NCBI RefSeq assembly: GCF_006345805.1
Contig: NC_042998.1
Coordinates: 203,546,001 to 203,610,000, forward strand
Length of the DNA: 64,000 bases
Direction: 5' to 3'
Origin: Octopus sinensis
Lineage: Eukaryota
Shown here: positions 63,971-64,000 of the stretch, one piece after another
Layout of the letters: each line of letters opens with the position of its first letter
Numbering within the stretch: the stretch's first letter is position 1
Notes under the pieces: generated by a model
What the model was told of the DNA's origin: nothing
What the model saw: only the letters and a program-made list of their open reading frames with translations
Databases searched by the model: none
Translations under genes and position numbers: made by a program

Positions 63971-64000
63971 AAGAGGCAAGGATGAAAGTATATCAGAACA

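Overview
AT-rich, microsatellite-laden animal genomic DNA. The repeat families (CORE-like and Meta-like tRNA-SINEs, RTE-tailed (GAT)n elements) point to an octopus, inferred from recognition of the repeats only. No host protein-coding gene can be called with confidence: nearly all ORFs in the track are microsatellite or SINE read-throughs, and only a few low-confidence exon candidates exist. The window is dominated by four short retroposon families (named SINE-A to SINE-D here), decayed RTE and CR1 LINE pieces, mariner and maT transposase remnants, Helitron-type elements and several MITE classes. The most striking signal is a set of minimal type I hammerhead ribozymes (HHR) from at least three unrelated repeat families. 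One family (4 loci, about 200-nt monomer, tandem copies, a 5' inversion at every locus) is joined to a tRNA-like Pol III head (A and B boxes). This suggests a Pol III-driven, ribozyme-processed, retrozyme/Penelope-type non-autonomous retroelement. Feature boundaries were read by eye and are approximate (about +/-10 bp) unless stated as exact motifs.
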